Shown in pieces: positions 30,041-40,487 of a DNA stretch of 64,000 nucleotides; within the stretch, counting starts at the first letter, position 1, and each line of letters starts with the position of its first letter. The translations under genes were made by a program, and so were the position numbers. This DNA comes from Candidatus Saccharimonadales bacterium (GTDB lineage Bacteria > Patescibacteriota > Saccharimonadia > Saccharimonadales > JANWIN01): positions 21,506 through 85,505 of the forward strand of contig JBBRLY010000016.1 of NCBI GenBank assembly GCA_038231155.1, read 5' to 3'. The notes under the pieces are model-generated. The model had not been told where the DNA came from. It did no database searches and saw only the letters and a program-made list of their open reading frames with translations.

Positions 30041-31141
30041 TTACGGAGACGGGACCGTACCGTTGACCGGCGTGGTTGGGGGAGTGGTTGCCGGAGGAGC
30101 AGCTGTGGTTGGGGGAGTGACACCCGTGTTGTCGCACGAGGGTTGCCCCGGCTTACCACAGCTTGGAACCGTAACCGAACCACCGCCCGTTGTTGTGGGA
30201 GTGGTATGCGGACACGTGCTCGGACAGCCGTCTTTGGTATCAACTGGACGTTGAGCCCCTTGGTTGATCTGTTGTTGGTTGTCTGGTGATGGCCGAGTCT
30301 TGCGCACCGAGTTCGGAATATTCGGATTCCGGTCGATGTTAAACTGCACCATCTTGGGACACAACCCATTCGGCGGTACGAACTGCCCGTTGGAACACAC
30401 CGGCGGACTACCGGGCGGCACTTGGCCAGGTGGAACCTCAATCGGCAAGGCCGGTGGCGTATTGCTACGCACTGGCACAACCAAATTGACGTTCGGGTTA
30501 CCGCAATCCGCTCGGACCGTGGCACCGAAGATGATCCGGCCGTTCCTGGTAAGGAACATCCAGAAGATATCGTTCGGACCCACCTGTCGCCATTGGCCGG
30601 ATTCTTCCAGAACCTTCCCGTTCATGAAGTATGTCGTACCCAGGATCTGGGACGCCACCTTCAATTGCAGCGGGAAGTAACCGGTGCCATTCAGGGCTCG
30701 CTTGACTTCGTCGTCGCCGTAACCAGCCTTGCGGATGGTATCAACAACTCGAAGTTTCGCGGCCCGACTGACAGCGGTGTTCTCGTTCAGGAATTCACCG
30801 ACTTGTTGTTGCGTCTTGAGAGTTCGCCTACTGAAAGCGGCAATCCCTCGCGACTCGGTACGCCCTTTGAACTGGACGTTATTCGAGCCGGTAACAATCT
30901 CACCAGGACGGTAGTGTTGGAATACGCCGTTGATCTGGTTGGCAATGCTGTTAGCATTGGTCGGTACGGTCGTTGTCGTGACCGATTTGGGCACAGTCAT
31001 GGTTGACGTAGTAGTGGTACTTGGCGCAATTGCCGCCATTACCGTTCGCGCATCCCCTGTTGGGATGCGGACTATGCCGAACACGGCTGCTGCAACGATG
31101 ACTGAAATGATCAGTCCGATCGTTCCAGTACGCTTGCTCAC
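30041..31141 (-). CDS. Secreted Pro/Thr/Cys-rich hypothetical protein (GC-rich island)
   Basis: GAGGAGG SD, N-terminal TM helix, VRADCGNP motif, PTT-rich tail; visibly higher GC than the flanks. Confidence 0.75.
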   Translation of the reverse strand: MSKRTGTIGLIISVIVAAAVFGIVRIPTGDARTVMAAIAPSTTTTSTMTVPKSVTTTTVPTNANSIANQINGVFQHYRPGEIVTGSNNVQFKGRTESRGIAAFSRRTLKTQQQVGEFLNENTAVSRAAKLRVVDTIRKAGYGDDEVKRALNGTGYFPLQLKVASQILGTTYFMNGKVLEESGQWRQVGPNDIFWMFLTRNGRIIFGATVRADCGNPNVNLVVPVRSNTPPALPIEVPPGQVPPGSPPVCSNGQFVPPNGLCPKMVQFNIDRNPNIPNSVRKTRPSPDNQQQINQGAQRPVDTKDGCPSTCPHTTPTTTGGGSVTVPSCGKPGQPSCDNTGVTPPTTAAPPATTPPTTPVNGTVPSP

Positions 31142-31277
31142 GTCACACCTCCTCAGGGGTGATAGAGCCTTCGTCTCTCAACTGACAGCGCGGAGAGCTT
31201 TCGCGCCAACTGGTACTTCCCCAGTGTGATTACGGACAGGTTTAACGACATGTCATGGTCGCTCAGGTTCGGTCCTC

Positions 31278-31940
31278 TCACGTCTGCGCAGCGCGCTGAC
31301 GATTGAGTTGTTCGCACACGATGGCGCAAACCAAGCCGAACACGAAGAAGCCAACACCGGCGATGGCGAGCACCCAGATGGTACCAGGCACCCACTTCCA
31401 GTGGTGGACTTCATCGGTAACTGCCCAACGTGTCTTCAAGCCCACGAAGAGGCCAATCAGACCGCCGAGAACCGCGACCAGCTGGCACCAGAGGCACCAA
31501 CTGCGGGGGTCGTACGGCGAACGCTGAACTTGAACCAGTGGAACTCGGTCCGTCATGACGGCGGCTACGGGTTCAGCTGGCGGTACTGCTGTTTCACGAA
31601 CGGGACTGTCGACTGGAACACTTGGTGCCGCACCGGTCAGGGGAACAGTCGATGAAGACGGTTCACCATCAGGCTCAGGCTCCAATATGCTCGTTCGACG
31701 AGTGATGACGCGTCCGCGAACGATGTGCTCGAATTGCTCAGCTTCCTCTTCGAGAACTTCATCATGGTCGTCGATGTCACGCATTGCGGCGCGGGCACCA
31801 ATGACAACGTTGTTGCGCTCCCGATTCAATGCCTCACGGGCATGCTTGATCTCGTGATCGCGTTTTCGGGCAGCCGCGGCAAGTTCGCCGAGAGCTTTTC
31901 GGGCTTCTTCAGCAGCTTCTTCTATGCGGTTGGTACTCAC
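31278..31940 (-). CDS. Coiled-coil plus 2-TM hypothetical protein (GC-rich island)
   Basis: AAGGAGGAGG SD before the GTG; charged N-terminus and two C-terminal TM helices. Confidence 0.75.
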   Translation of the reverse strand: MSTNRIEEAAEEARKALGELAAAARKRDHEIKHAREALNRERNNVVIGARAAMRDIDDHDEVLEEEAEQFEHIVRGRVITRRTSILEPEPDGEPSSSTVPLTGAAPSVPVDSPVRETAVPPAEPVAAVMTDRVPLVQVQRSPYDPRSWCLWCQLVAVLGGLIGLFVGLKTRWAVTDEVHHWKWVPGTIWVLAIAGVGFFVFGLVCAIVCEQLNRQRAAQT

Positions 31941-32129
31941 TTATTTCCTCCTCCTTGGCTGGGGATTTGGTCGGTTTTCGGCCGAGTCTGTTGGACGATT
32001 CGTCCATTCGGTGTCACCCGATACTAAAGTCCCTGGTTGGGAGTTCAGAACAGCACTCTGCTAGCAAAAGTAGCGAACAGGGTGCTGCTCTGATTAGAAG
32101 AAAAAGTAAGTAAATGTTTTTGGGTATGT

Positions 32130-32290
32130 AATGTAGTCACATACTGTCTTGGGAAGCGGAATGGTCAAAAGACCCCTCAACGCCTCAACCGAGGACAGAC
32201 CGCCTATTACTAGTTACCTCTGTTAGCTAGTATTAAATGGTCTGCCCTGAGTTCACCAAGAACAGATATGAACTGTAATGATTCGACTTG
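32130..32290 (-). other. Conserved structured motif, copy R, in the 5' leader of the island genes
   Basis: Minus strand CAAGTCGAATCATTACAGTTCATA...multibranch stem...GTGACTACATT; 21/24 and 11/11 identity to the copy L blocks. Confidence 0.55.
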
Positions 32291-32420
32291 TTAAAGTGCC
32301 CTTCGCTTAAGCGGGAAACAGATAGGCTTAGATGAAAAAACAGCCTTAATGCTGTTTTTGTTTCACCCCTGTTAATGCCCCACTGCGGGTTATCACCCTC
32401 CCACCAGCTAGGATAACCAA

Positions 32421-32449
32421 ATTCTACTATATATCTCTGTTTTTGTCAA
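32421..32449 (-). promoter_or_regulatory. Sigma70 promoter driving a ~470-nt structured leader and the island genes
   Basis: TTGACA-17nt-TAGAAT. Confidence 0.75.
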
Positions 32450-32489
32450 TAAGCATTACAATAATTCTAACAAAGCACAAGCATAAGTT

Positions 32490-34700
32490 TTACGCGGCTG
32501 TAAGTTCTTTAGCTGGCTTTGCTTTCTTAGGCTCCAGTTTGATATGTCCAGGCACTTTTAATTTGTCCTTACTGAAACTAAACCCAAACGTACTGCCTTT
32601 GCCTTCGTCGCTATGAAAGATTATGGCGCCACCTTGGGCTACTACAACTTTTTGGGCCATGAAAAGACCAAGACCGGTACCATCGGGACGGGCTTTTTTG
32701 GCATTACCGGCCCGGTAAAACTTACTGAACAAATGATGCTGCTCGGCTTTTGGTACGCCAATTCCGTCGTCAACTACCATGAATTCGACTGTATCGCCTT
32801 TGTCGATCAATTCAATATCTATGTGGCCACCTGACGGAGTGTAATAAATAGCATTGTCTGTAAAGTTCATGACTACTTGTCGGATTTTAGTTTCGTCCAG
32901 CATTAGCATTGGGAAGTCTTTAGGCTTTAGATAAGTCACAGTCAGATTACGTGCTTTGGCAGTTTCAGTTAATTGTTGGATTTCACCTTTAACTAAATCT
33001 GCGAGATTTGTAGGTGCAGCATCTATTACGAATTTACCAGTTCGCAACCGGCTGACATTAAGAAGATCAGCAATTAAATAGACCATTCTCTGGGCGCTCA
33101 AGAATGACTGATCTAATAGTTTACGTTGAGGATCGCTAATCTTGCCGGCATCACCCTCTAACACCATGCTGACATAACCTTTAACAGTTGTTAAAGGTGT
33201 ACGTAATTGATGTGAGGCCATACTAATAAATTCATCTTTGGTTTCATCAAGATCCCTAAGTTTTTCGTTTGTCCTACGTAATTCTTTAGTCGCTAGCTGC
33301 ACTTTTTCTTGCAGCGTGATGTTAAATTGTTGGATTTCAAGATAGGCCTTTGCATTCGATATTGCGACTGCCAGTTCTGCTGCCAGAATTACTAAAATAC
33401 GTTGATCATCGCGGTTATAAATTTCACCGTTTAATTTTTCACCTAATAATAAGTATCCTACAAACTCATCGCGAGTATGCAAAGGAATGCTTGCTCTTAT
33501 ACCGTATTTTTCTAAAAACTGTTTTTCGACACCCTCTGAAATATCATCTACTAAAATATTTTTCTTACCAAGTACTGAAAGTTCATGAATTTGTTCCGAG
33601 CTATGGTTTAAAAAAACTTCTCCACCAAAAATAATTTTCTGTTGTTGTAATACCACAATATTGGCCGAACTTACTCGCATATGTTTTTTAATAAGCCTTG
33701 ATACATCAGTGGTTAACTCTTTCATATCTATCTCAGCGGCAAGAACCTTACTAACATCATCTAGTAATGATTGCGGATCATATTTATCACGATAAAAAAT
33801 ACTGTCTGTGAGTTTTTCGAAGAAACGTTTCAATGGTTGCAAACTAAAACCTAATATAAGCGCTAGGACTATATTTAATACTTTCTGTACGCGATTAATT
33901 TTTGAAGTATCGAATACTAAATTGCCAACCTGAAATGCAAATACACCATAAAGACCGGTAAGAGTTACAATTAACAAAAGATAAGTTATGGATTTTGCTA
34001 TAACACCACGGATGTCAAACAAACGATGTCGAACAATTGCATAAGTTGTAAGTCCAAGAAAAATAACCGTATACATAGGTATTAATGAAACTGTCGCATT
34101 AACCTTAAAAAGAATTACAGGTAGTAATACAGTCACTATTAGTAACCCTAAAAGAATCGATATTGCTAATAATGCATAACCGAATTGTTGTCTCTCTGTA
34201 TCTTTTGATCTTTTAAATTTTCTAAACAAAGTTATTACTGCCAAAAGACTAAAAATAGTTGTAACTAATGAGAAAATCCCAATACCGGGCCCAGGAACTG
34301 GGTGTGGTGAATTATTGATAACGATTACTTTAGTAAAAACTAAAGGTGTGAGAGTAATTACGGAAACAAAAACTGTAATTGAACCTACAATTAATAGCTT
34401 AGTTCGAGAAAATGAATATTCTTCCTTTGGTAAAGTAGAGGCAAACATATAGAACAATGCGCTCATTATTGACGCAAAAAAGAGACTCAACCGGATTAAC
34501 CAAAGGCTTTGTGATAAAAAGATCGGAAGCACTGATGTGAAGTTCGCGATTAACCACAAGCTTAACACTAAACCAAGTGCGGTATAGAGTCTGTTGGTCA
34601 CACTTTTTGGATTATTTTTGTAAACTAGAAACACTAAAAAAACATTTGCGAAAATTGCTGCAGCAACAATACTAACTTTGAAAATCAGGAATGGGCTCAT
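32490..34700 (-). CDS. Sensor histidine kinase (multi-TM N-terminus, GAF, HisKA, HATPase)
   Basis: FISMASHQLRTPL H-box, NFTDNAIYY, DDGIG, GTGLGL; GAF segment GYLLLGEKLNGEIY. Confidence 0.92.
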   Translation of the reverse strand: MSPFLIFKVSIVAAAIFANVFLVFLVYKNNPKSVTNRLYTALGLVLSLWLIANFTSVLPIFLSQSLWLIRLSLFFASIMSALFYMFASTLPKEEYSFSRTKLLIVGSITVFVSVITLTPLVFTKVIVINNSPHPVPGPGIGIFSLVTTIFSLLAVITLFRKFKRSKDTERQQFGYALLAISILLGLLIVTVLLPVILFKVNATVSLIPMYTVIFLGLTTYAIVRHRLFDIRGVIAKSITYLLLIVTLTGLYGVFAFQVGNLVFDTSKINRVQKVLNIVLALILGFSLQPLKRFFEKLTDSIFYRDKYDPQSLLDDVSKVLAAEIDMKELTTDVSRLIKKHMRVSSANIVVLQQQKIIFGGEVFLNHSSEQIHELSVLGKKNILVDDISEGVEKQFLEKYGIRASIPLHTRDEFVGYLLLGEKLNGEIYNRDDQRILVILAAELAVAISNAKAYLEIQQFNITLQEKVQLATKELRRTNEKLRDLDETKDEFISMASHQLRTPLTTVKGYVSMVLEGDAGKISDPQRKLLDQSFLSAQRMVYLIADLLNVSRLRTGKFVIDAAPTNLADLVKGEIQQLTETAKARNLTVTYLKPKDFPMLMLDETKIRQVVMNFTDNAIYYTPSGGHIDIELIDKGDTVEFMVVDDGIGVPKAEQHHLFSKFYRAGNAKKARPDGTGLGLFMAQKVVVAQGGAIIFHSDEGKGSTFGFSFSKDKLKVPGHIKLEPKKAKPAKELTAA

Positions 34701-36613
34701 TTTTTGTCTTTAAAGAAGTTAACTACCTCTTTATTAAACAAATTGCTTTGTTCAAGTGTTGTTACGTGACCGGTTTCTTTAAACATTTTAAGCTTAACAT
34801 TTTTATCATCTCTGACCAATGAAGCAATTTTTTTTGAAGGCAACAATGGATCATTTTTTCCTAGTATTATAAGAATTGGTATTTTTATATGTTTGAGCTG
34901 GTTGATATAAAGTATATCGGGATTAAATTTAAAGCCCCGAGTTTGCCCATGCATAAATAATAAAGGATGGGATCGTTTATCTTGTCGAACTGCATCATAA
35001 TAATAATCCACAAATTGCTCAGTGATTATTTTTTTATCATAAACTGCTGATTGCAAAAATTTTTTCATATTTTTTCGAGTCGGTTTAACGGCAGTTTTTG
35101 TAAGTATTCTGGTAAAACGTCGTGATGCAATTGCTCGTTGCTTAAATGGAATTTTCTTTATTAATCCTAAGGGATTTACTAGTACTATTTCAGATACTAA
35201 TTCAGGCGAAGATATTGCCAGCTTAGCTGCAATAGCAGCACCGAATGAATGGCCAATAATATAAGTATTCTTTAAGTTTTCTTTCTGAATAAATTTTCTT
35301 ACAACATCAACATAATCCTTTTTAAAATCTGCTTGACTGTAGTCAAATCGCGTTGATTGACCACTTCCCGGTAAATCTAACGCATAAACTCGATATTCTT
35401 TTGCTAAATGATTAATGTTTGGAAACCATTGTGCCCAGCCAGTATTGGCACCGTGTAGCAGTATTATTGGTTGACCTTCTCCGGCAACAATATAATGTAT
35501 TCTATACTTTCCTAGACTCATAAATTTATTAACATAGGAAGATTTTAGAAATTCAGCAGGAATAGTAATTTTATCTGTTGATTTAATTTGAATTTCAGAT
35601 CTTCTTGGGCTATGAATTGTACTTGTGTTTACTCTTATCATTCTGAAAAACATCTGAGGAAACTTCTTTGTGTCTTTGAAATGTGTGTGTAGTTGGCTTC
35701 TGTATTTCGTCTCTATTAATGCAGCCATTGGTCCAAGACTAATATGAAAGTTGGTAGATTTTAACGCCAGTTCTTCATAAACTTTGCCACTTTCTATCCA
35801 GTCTTTTGGTTCATCGTGAGTAGTTGAGATAAGCCCAAGTGCGGAGCTCTTTATTGTTTGTTCCAAATACTTTTTGGCAAATATTTTCATTGACTTTGGC
35901 ATATGTTTCATTAGTGTCTTGCCGACAACTACTTTCCCTGTTGTTAGCCCACTTACTTGACCAGTCATTCCATCACCACTGGTTGTTTTGTTAGGTCGCA
36001 TCCACATTGCAAGTTCTCGGCCAAATTTAGGAACTTTAGAATAGCTAGCTGCGGCTTTATAAACGTCTTGTGCCAAATCATGAATTTTAGTTTTTTCTTT
36101 AGTAATGGATATCGCAGTATCTCTAGAAGGGTTAATTTTTAGTTTTGCCCATTCACTATCGCTAATTTTTACTGGTTCCGATATTCTTTTTTCTGAATAG
36201 CGATTTGGGATTGCTTCAAACAACCTACTATTAAGTTGATCTGAATCCTTAGAATTAAGCGTAAATATCATTTCAATTTTTGCATTGTTTTTTCCAGTTG
36301 TTATAATTTTTTCTTCAATATTTAATTCAAAATATTTTGCGGCAACCTGAATATTAAATAAGCAAGCCCCTAAACTTATATAAAGATTGCGGCCAGATGG
36401 ATCGGCTTCAGGTAGTTTAAGTTCAATATTCGGATTGATTGTGAGCTGGTTTGAATTTATTTCAAACAACCAAGGCTGAGTGTTATGAGTAGATGGGGCT
36501 AAGATGCCATAACCTATTAGAAAACGGATTTTATCTTCAATAGAACCATTCTTAGGAAAGTTCTTAGCCTGAATATCCCATGCTTTATAATTATCTTGTT
36601 GTTTATGCTTCAT
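34697..36613 (-). CDS. Acg/nitroreductase-like domain fused to an alpha/beta hydrolase
   Basis: LAPSTHNTQPW N-terminal motif; LLHG, DLPGSGQS, GHSFG nucleophile elbow, TGH. Confidence 0.8.
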   Translation of the reverse strand: MKHKQQDNYKAWDIQAKNFPKNGSIEDKIRFLIGYGILAPSTHNTQPWLFEINSNQLTINPNIELKLPEADPSGRNLYISLGACLFNIQVAAKYFELNIEEKIITTGKNNAKIEMIFTLNSKDSDQLNSRLFEAIPNRYSEKRISEPVKISDSEWAKLKINPSRDTAISITKEKTKIHDLAQDVYKAAASYSKVPKFGRELAMWMRPNKTTSGDGMTGQVSGLTTGKVVVGKTLMKHMPKSMKIFAKKYLEQTIKSSALGLISTTHDEPKDWIESGKVYEELALKSTNFHISLGPMAALIETKYRSQLHTHFKDTKKFPQMFFRMIRVNTSTIHSPRRSEIQIKSTDKITIPAEFLKSSYVNKFMSLGKYRIHYIVAGEGQPIILLHGANTGWAQWFPNINHLAKEYRVYALDLPGSGQSTRFDYSQADFKKDYVDVVRKFIQKENLKNTYIIGHSFGAAIAAKLAISSPELVSEIVLVNPLGLIKKIPFKQRAIASRRFTRILTKTAVKPTRKNMKKFLQSAVYDKKIITEQFVDYYYDAVRQDKRSHPLLFMHGQTRGFKFNPDILYINQLKHIKIPILIILGKNDPLLPSKKIASLVRDDKNVKLKMFKETGHVTTLEQSNLFNKEVVNFFKDKK

Positions 36614-37743
36614 GACTTTTCCATCAACTTTTTAAGTATGACACCCCTTTTACCATTTCCACCAAACTCATTACTATCAAATTTAAATAGTTCAGAAAAT
36701 TTTATAAAGTACCGATCCGATTTAATATCGCTACCAAGTAAAATTTGACGAATCAAATAAGCGGCAAGTCCACTGTCAACAGCAATAGTGCTATATAACT
36801 GAGGACGTCCAACCAGTGTTTTACCAATGTGAATTAAAGTTTCAAGGGCTCTGGTTGGTATATACTTTACCCCAACTATTTGCACTGCATATCGTTTTAT
36901 GTCTTCGGGTGAAATATATTCATTCTTTAAGATGTTGTCAGCAACGTTGCCAATTGCACCATTGAAAATCTCTGGCTGAGGTGACAGATCATAGCGTTCA
37001 ATATCTACCAAAATATTGTCACCTAAACTGGTAAACATAAGAAGTGGTAATTTGTTTTGTTTGGCTTTTATTCGAAGTAATACTTTCATTTTAAAGTCGT
37101 CAATTTCATCAATTATGATGCTAAGACTGGGGTCGTTAAAGAACTCATCAATATTGTCTTTATTTAGACCTTTTGGGAAAGTTTGTATTTGACTAAATGG
37201 ATCAAGTTCCCAGATGGATTGGCTAGCTAAATCTACCTTGGCTAGACCAATATTAGGTAACGATTCACGAACACGGTTAAGATTAGCGGTTTCTAGTTCA
37301 TCGAAGTCAGCCAACTTCAAGTTTTTGGCAATGCCTGAATATACGGCACCTATAGCTATACCAGCACCGACTGACATCCCAGCTACTCCAATAACCGTAT
37401 TATGAAGTTTAGTCTGTTCCTCACTAGTAATTAGATTTTTATTGCGGTTCGTCCGTAGTTCAAACAGTTCATTAGGTCCAACGCAATGAAGTAAAATTCC
37501 TGACCACGGATAATAAACCCAAGCATCGATAGGTGATAGTACGCCGTTCATTCCTAGATTTTTTTTATCTCGCTCGCTAGCATTGTTGGATGGGTAGCGG
37601 ATTTCAAGAAGTTCTTGTAGTTGATTCTTATATATGTCAACTTCGCGCCAAATCTTTTGCTTTTTTAGGCGTTCGACATCGTAAGCCGAGTACTTACCCG
37701 GCAATAGCACAATTGGTCGCTGATTATTTATTTCTGTACCCAT
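36610..37743 (-). CDS. ThiF-family adenylyltransferase (Rv1355c-like)
   Basis: WVYYPWS...RTNRNKNLIT, IGVAGMSVG, LADFDELETANLNR, RPQL. Confidence 0.82.
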   Translation of the reverse strand: MGTEINNQRPIVLLPGKYSAYDVERLKKQKIWREVDIYKNQLQELLEIRYPSNNASERDKKNLGMNGVLSPIDAWVYYPWSGILLHCVGPNELFELRTNRNKNLITSEEQTKLHNTVIGVAGMSVGAGIAIGAVYSGIAKNLKLADFDELETANLNRVRESLPNIGLAKVDLASQSIWELDPFSQIQTFPKGLNKDNIDEFFNDPSLSIIIDEIDDFKMKVLLRIKAKQNKLPLLMFTSLGDNILVDIERYDLSPQPEIFNGAIGNVADNILKNEYISPEDIKRYAVQIVGVKYIPTRALETLIHIGKTLVGRPQLYSTIAVDSGLAAYLIRQILLGSDIKSDRYFIKFSELFKFDSNEFGGNGKRGVILKKLMEKS

Positions 37744-39245
37744 TTTTGCTTGGTTCCGACTTTAAAATATTGAGGGTCTTCATATAGGCTCAGGTGGATG
37801 ACCGGTTTAACATCATTTTGAACCATGCCGAAAACTTCACGATATTCAGAGCTTTCTTCAATCAAATTATTGTGAATGGCTTCTTGGATGCTCGAACTTA
37901 ATTGGTCCGATTCACTAACTCCATACTTCATCTCACAGTAAATATGTAGTTTTTGTCTCCCCTGTTTATCATAATCGACAAGTATAGTAAACTTTCCAGT
38001 CAGAAAGTTGTCAAATCGCTTGATTTGTAGAGCTCGTCGGATCATATCGGGATATATTAAAAAGGCATAGTAACTAACACTTAGGTCGTTACGTTCGTAA
38101 ATGTATAAAAACGGTAAGTTCCAAAGAGTATGATTAATACCGGCTTTTTTTAGATTGTTCTTATAATCATCCATTTTTAGATCCAGTTTTTGGTAAACTT
38201 CATCGTGAGTCAGTAGACCTCCATAATCTTTGAGATCATAACGCACTAATGGGATGCCACTATAAGCAGTACAAAACAAATTGTAGTTTACCTCTTCAAA
38301 GTAAAATAATTCGGGGTTATATTGCGTAAAGGTAGCTTGACGTTGTTTTTCAGGAAATAGTTTATCGAGCTGATTGTCCTTAACCATTTGGCGACGGATG
38401 TATATCGACTCTGGTGTTTCATGAGACATCGTTCCCATATCGGCGGTACCATAGTGGTTTAAGCTAAACATAAGCTCATTATCAGGTTTTACAGTATCAA
38501 TCACATAATCACGAAAGCGTTCAGTAAAAGCTTCAGCTGAAAACACAAAACCAAGTTTATATTTAGACCAATTGATACCGTCGCGAGTCCCATCATCCAA
38601 AATATCTTTTAAAAACGGTGCATAGGCTCCAATTATAATTTGGTCATAGCTACTACCGAGTTGTTTAACGGCGTTTATTACTTCCTGTTTATGAATTCCA
38701 GGAGTAATGATGCTTAGGTCATAGCTGTTGTACTGAGCAATAATCTTTAAGGCTTCATATGTAAATACACCGCCAATCCATGCCCCCATCGGGAAAGCTA
38801 CAATATATAAGGTCGTTTTCTGGTGAACTTTGAAATTTGATCTTAAATAAAGCTCAGCCATAATTGCATACTGCATATCTTGTAAATGGTTGCGCGGAAA
38901 ATAATAAGGTTGGCCAGTACTACCGGATGTTGAAGATATTATCCATTGGCCATGTGGAAATTCTCCATCCCAACAGAGCATTTCTTTGGGATATTTGCGT
39001 AAGTAGTTATCTTTGTCGATCGGGGGAATTTTATAAAAATCTGCAATGCTCTTAACAGACGAAACTGACAATTTATGTTGTTTTAAAAAATCTTTATAGG
39101 CCGGAACTCCCCTAGCCATGGTTTTAAATAAATTAAGAGCTCGTAATTCACCTCGGTGACGCCATGACTGCTCTGACTCGCTTTTTAATTTTTCAAGCAA
39201 AGTCTCGGCATTTCGATAACCTCTTGGCAGCAATAGTCTAGACAT
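37728..39245 (-). CDS. Phenylacetate--CoA ligase-like adenylate-forming enzyme
   Basis: VPAY, STSGSTGQP loop, HYGTAD, PLVRYDLKD. Confidence 0.85.
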   Translation of the reverse strand: MSRLLLPRGYRNAETLLEKLKSESEQSWRHRGELRALNLFKTMARGVPAYKDFLKQHKLSVSSVKSIADFYKIPPIDKDNYLRKYPKEMLCWDGEFPHGQWIISSTSGSTGQPYYFPRNHLQDMQYAIMAELYLRSNFKVHQKTTLYIVAFPMGAWIGGVFTYEALKIIAQYNSYDLSIITPGIHKQEVINAVKQLGSSYDQIIIGAYAPFLKDILDDGTRDGINWSKYKLGFVFSAEAFTERFRDYVIDTVKPDNELMFSLNHYGTADMGTMSHETPESIYIRRQMVKDNQLDKLFPEKQRQATFTQYNPELFYFEEVNYNLFCTAYSGIPLVRYDLKDYGGLLTHDEVYQKLDLKMDDYKNNLKKAGINHTLWNLPFLYIYERNDLSVSYYAFLIYPDMIRRALQIKRFDNFLTGKFTILVDYDKQGRQKLHIYCEMKYGVSESDQLSSSIQEAIHNNLIEESSEYREVFGMVQNDVKPVIHLSLYEDPQYFKVGTKQKWVQK

Positions 39246-39365
39246 TTAAGTTCCCTATACTTCAAATTGTAGCACGCCACCATAAAACCATTGTTTATGT
39301 TGTATTTTGACTAAATCATTATATTATGGGTATAATACGTAAAGTATAGTAAAATAAAGAACTAA

Positions 39366-40487
39366 ATGTCATTTATTGCAAATCGTTTAAATTATTTTGA
39401 TAGTAGTGATTTTAGAGAAGTTTTTAATAGACAACAACTATTAAATAATCCTGTAGATTTAAGTGTTGGTGTGCCCGAAGAACATACCATGGATAAGGTA
39501 AAAGAAGCTGCTATTCGGGCTATTAAAGAAGATAAAACCGTCTACACGCCAGCAAATGGGATTAAAGAGTTGCGTAAAGCAATTGCTAATAAACTGAAAT
39601 CTGAAAACGGGATTAACTGTGATGAAAATAGCGTAACAGTTGTACCGGGGTTAACTACGGGTCAATTACTAATTTATATGGCTATTTTGGACCCCAGCGA
39701 CGAATTAATTGTAATGGACCCCTACTATCCACCATATAATTACCTGGCCAGTGCTATTGGTGCCCACGTCACTTTGGTACCATCACTGCCAGACTTTCAG
39801 CCTAACTTACATTTAATCGAAGCTAGTATTACTGCTAGAACAAAGGCAATTGTTATTAATTCACCGAGTAATCCAACCGGCGCTGTATATTCGGAAACAA
39901 CGTTACGAAAAATTGCTCAAATTGCTGAAGAACATAATTTATTAATTATTTCTGATGAAATTTATGAACATTTTGTCTATGAAGGCAAGCACTTTAGTAT
40001 TGGTAGTATTTATCCAAATACATTAACGCTTAATGGATTCAGTAAGGAGTTTGCTATGACAGGCTGGCGTATTGGTTATATTGCTGGGCCTCCTGATATT
40101 ATTGAGGCTATTAATGAGCTCCAGCAATATGCAGTCTTTTCATCTTCATCGATTGCGCAGTATGCGGCACTAGCGGCTTTAGCAGATCGTCCACACATTA
40201 ATGGTGTATATAAGAATAAAAGAGATATTGTTAAACATGCTTTAGCGGAAATGGGCTATGAGGTGTTTGGCATGCAAGGAGCATATTACAGTTTTATTAA
40301 GACACCAGGAGATATCGTTGATGTAGAATTTGTAGAGAAGTTGGCTAATCATAACTTAATTTTAGTCTCCGGACGAGCATTCTCTAGACTGCAAGGTTTT
40401 GTAAGACTTTCTTACGGTGCTCCATTGAACGAAGTCCAAAAAGGACTTAAGATTTTATCAGAAGTAACAAAAGAATATCGTAATTAA
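39366..40487 (+). CDS. Class I/II PLP-dependent aminotransferase
   Basis: NSPSNPTG, SDEIY, GFSKEFAMTGWRIG. Confidence 0.92.
   Translation: MSFIANRLNYFDSSDFREVFNRQQLLNNPVDLSVGVPEEHTMDKVKEAAIRAIKEDKTVYTPANGIKELRKAIANKLKSENGINCDENSVTVVPGLTTGQLLIYMAILDPSDELIVMDPYYPPYNYLASAIGAHVTLVPSLPDFQPNLHLIEASITARTKAIVINSPSNPTGAVYSETTLRKIAQIAEEHNLLIISDEIYEHFVYEGKHFSIGSIYPNTLTLNGFSKEFAMTGWRIGYIAGPPDIIEAINELQQYAVFSSSSIAQYAALAALADRPHINGVYKNKRDIVKHALAEMGYEVFGMQGAYYSFIKTPGDIVDVEFVEKLANHNLILVSGRAFSRLQGFVRLSYGAPLNEVQKGLKILSEVTKEYRN

Noticed and set aside
29745-32027. Numerous overlapping ORFs (e.g. 29745-30254, 30028-30525, 30422-31006, 31153-31395)
   Set aside because: Shadow frames caused by high GC; only 30041-31141 and 31278-31940 have SD sequences and coherent architecture.
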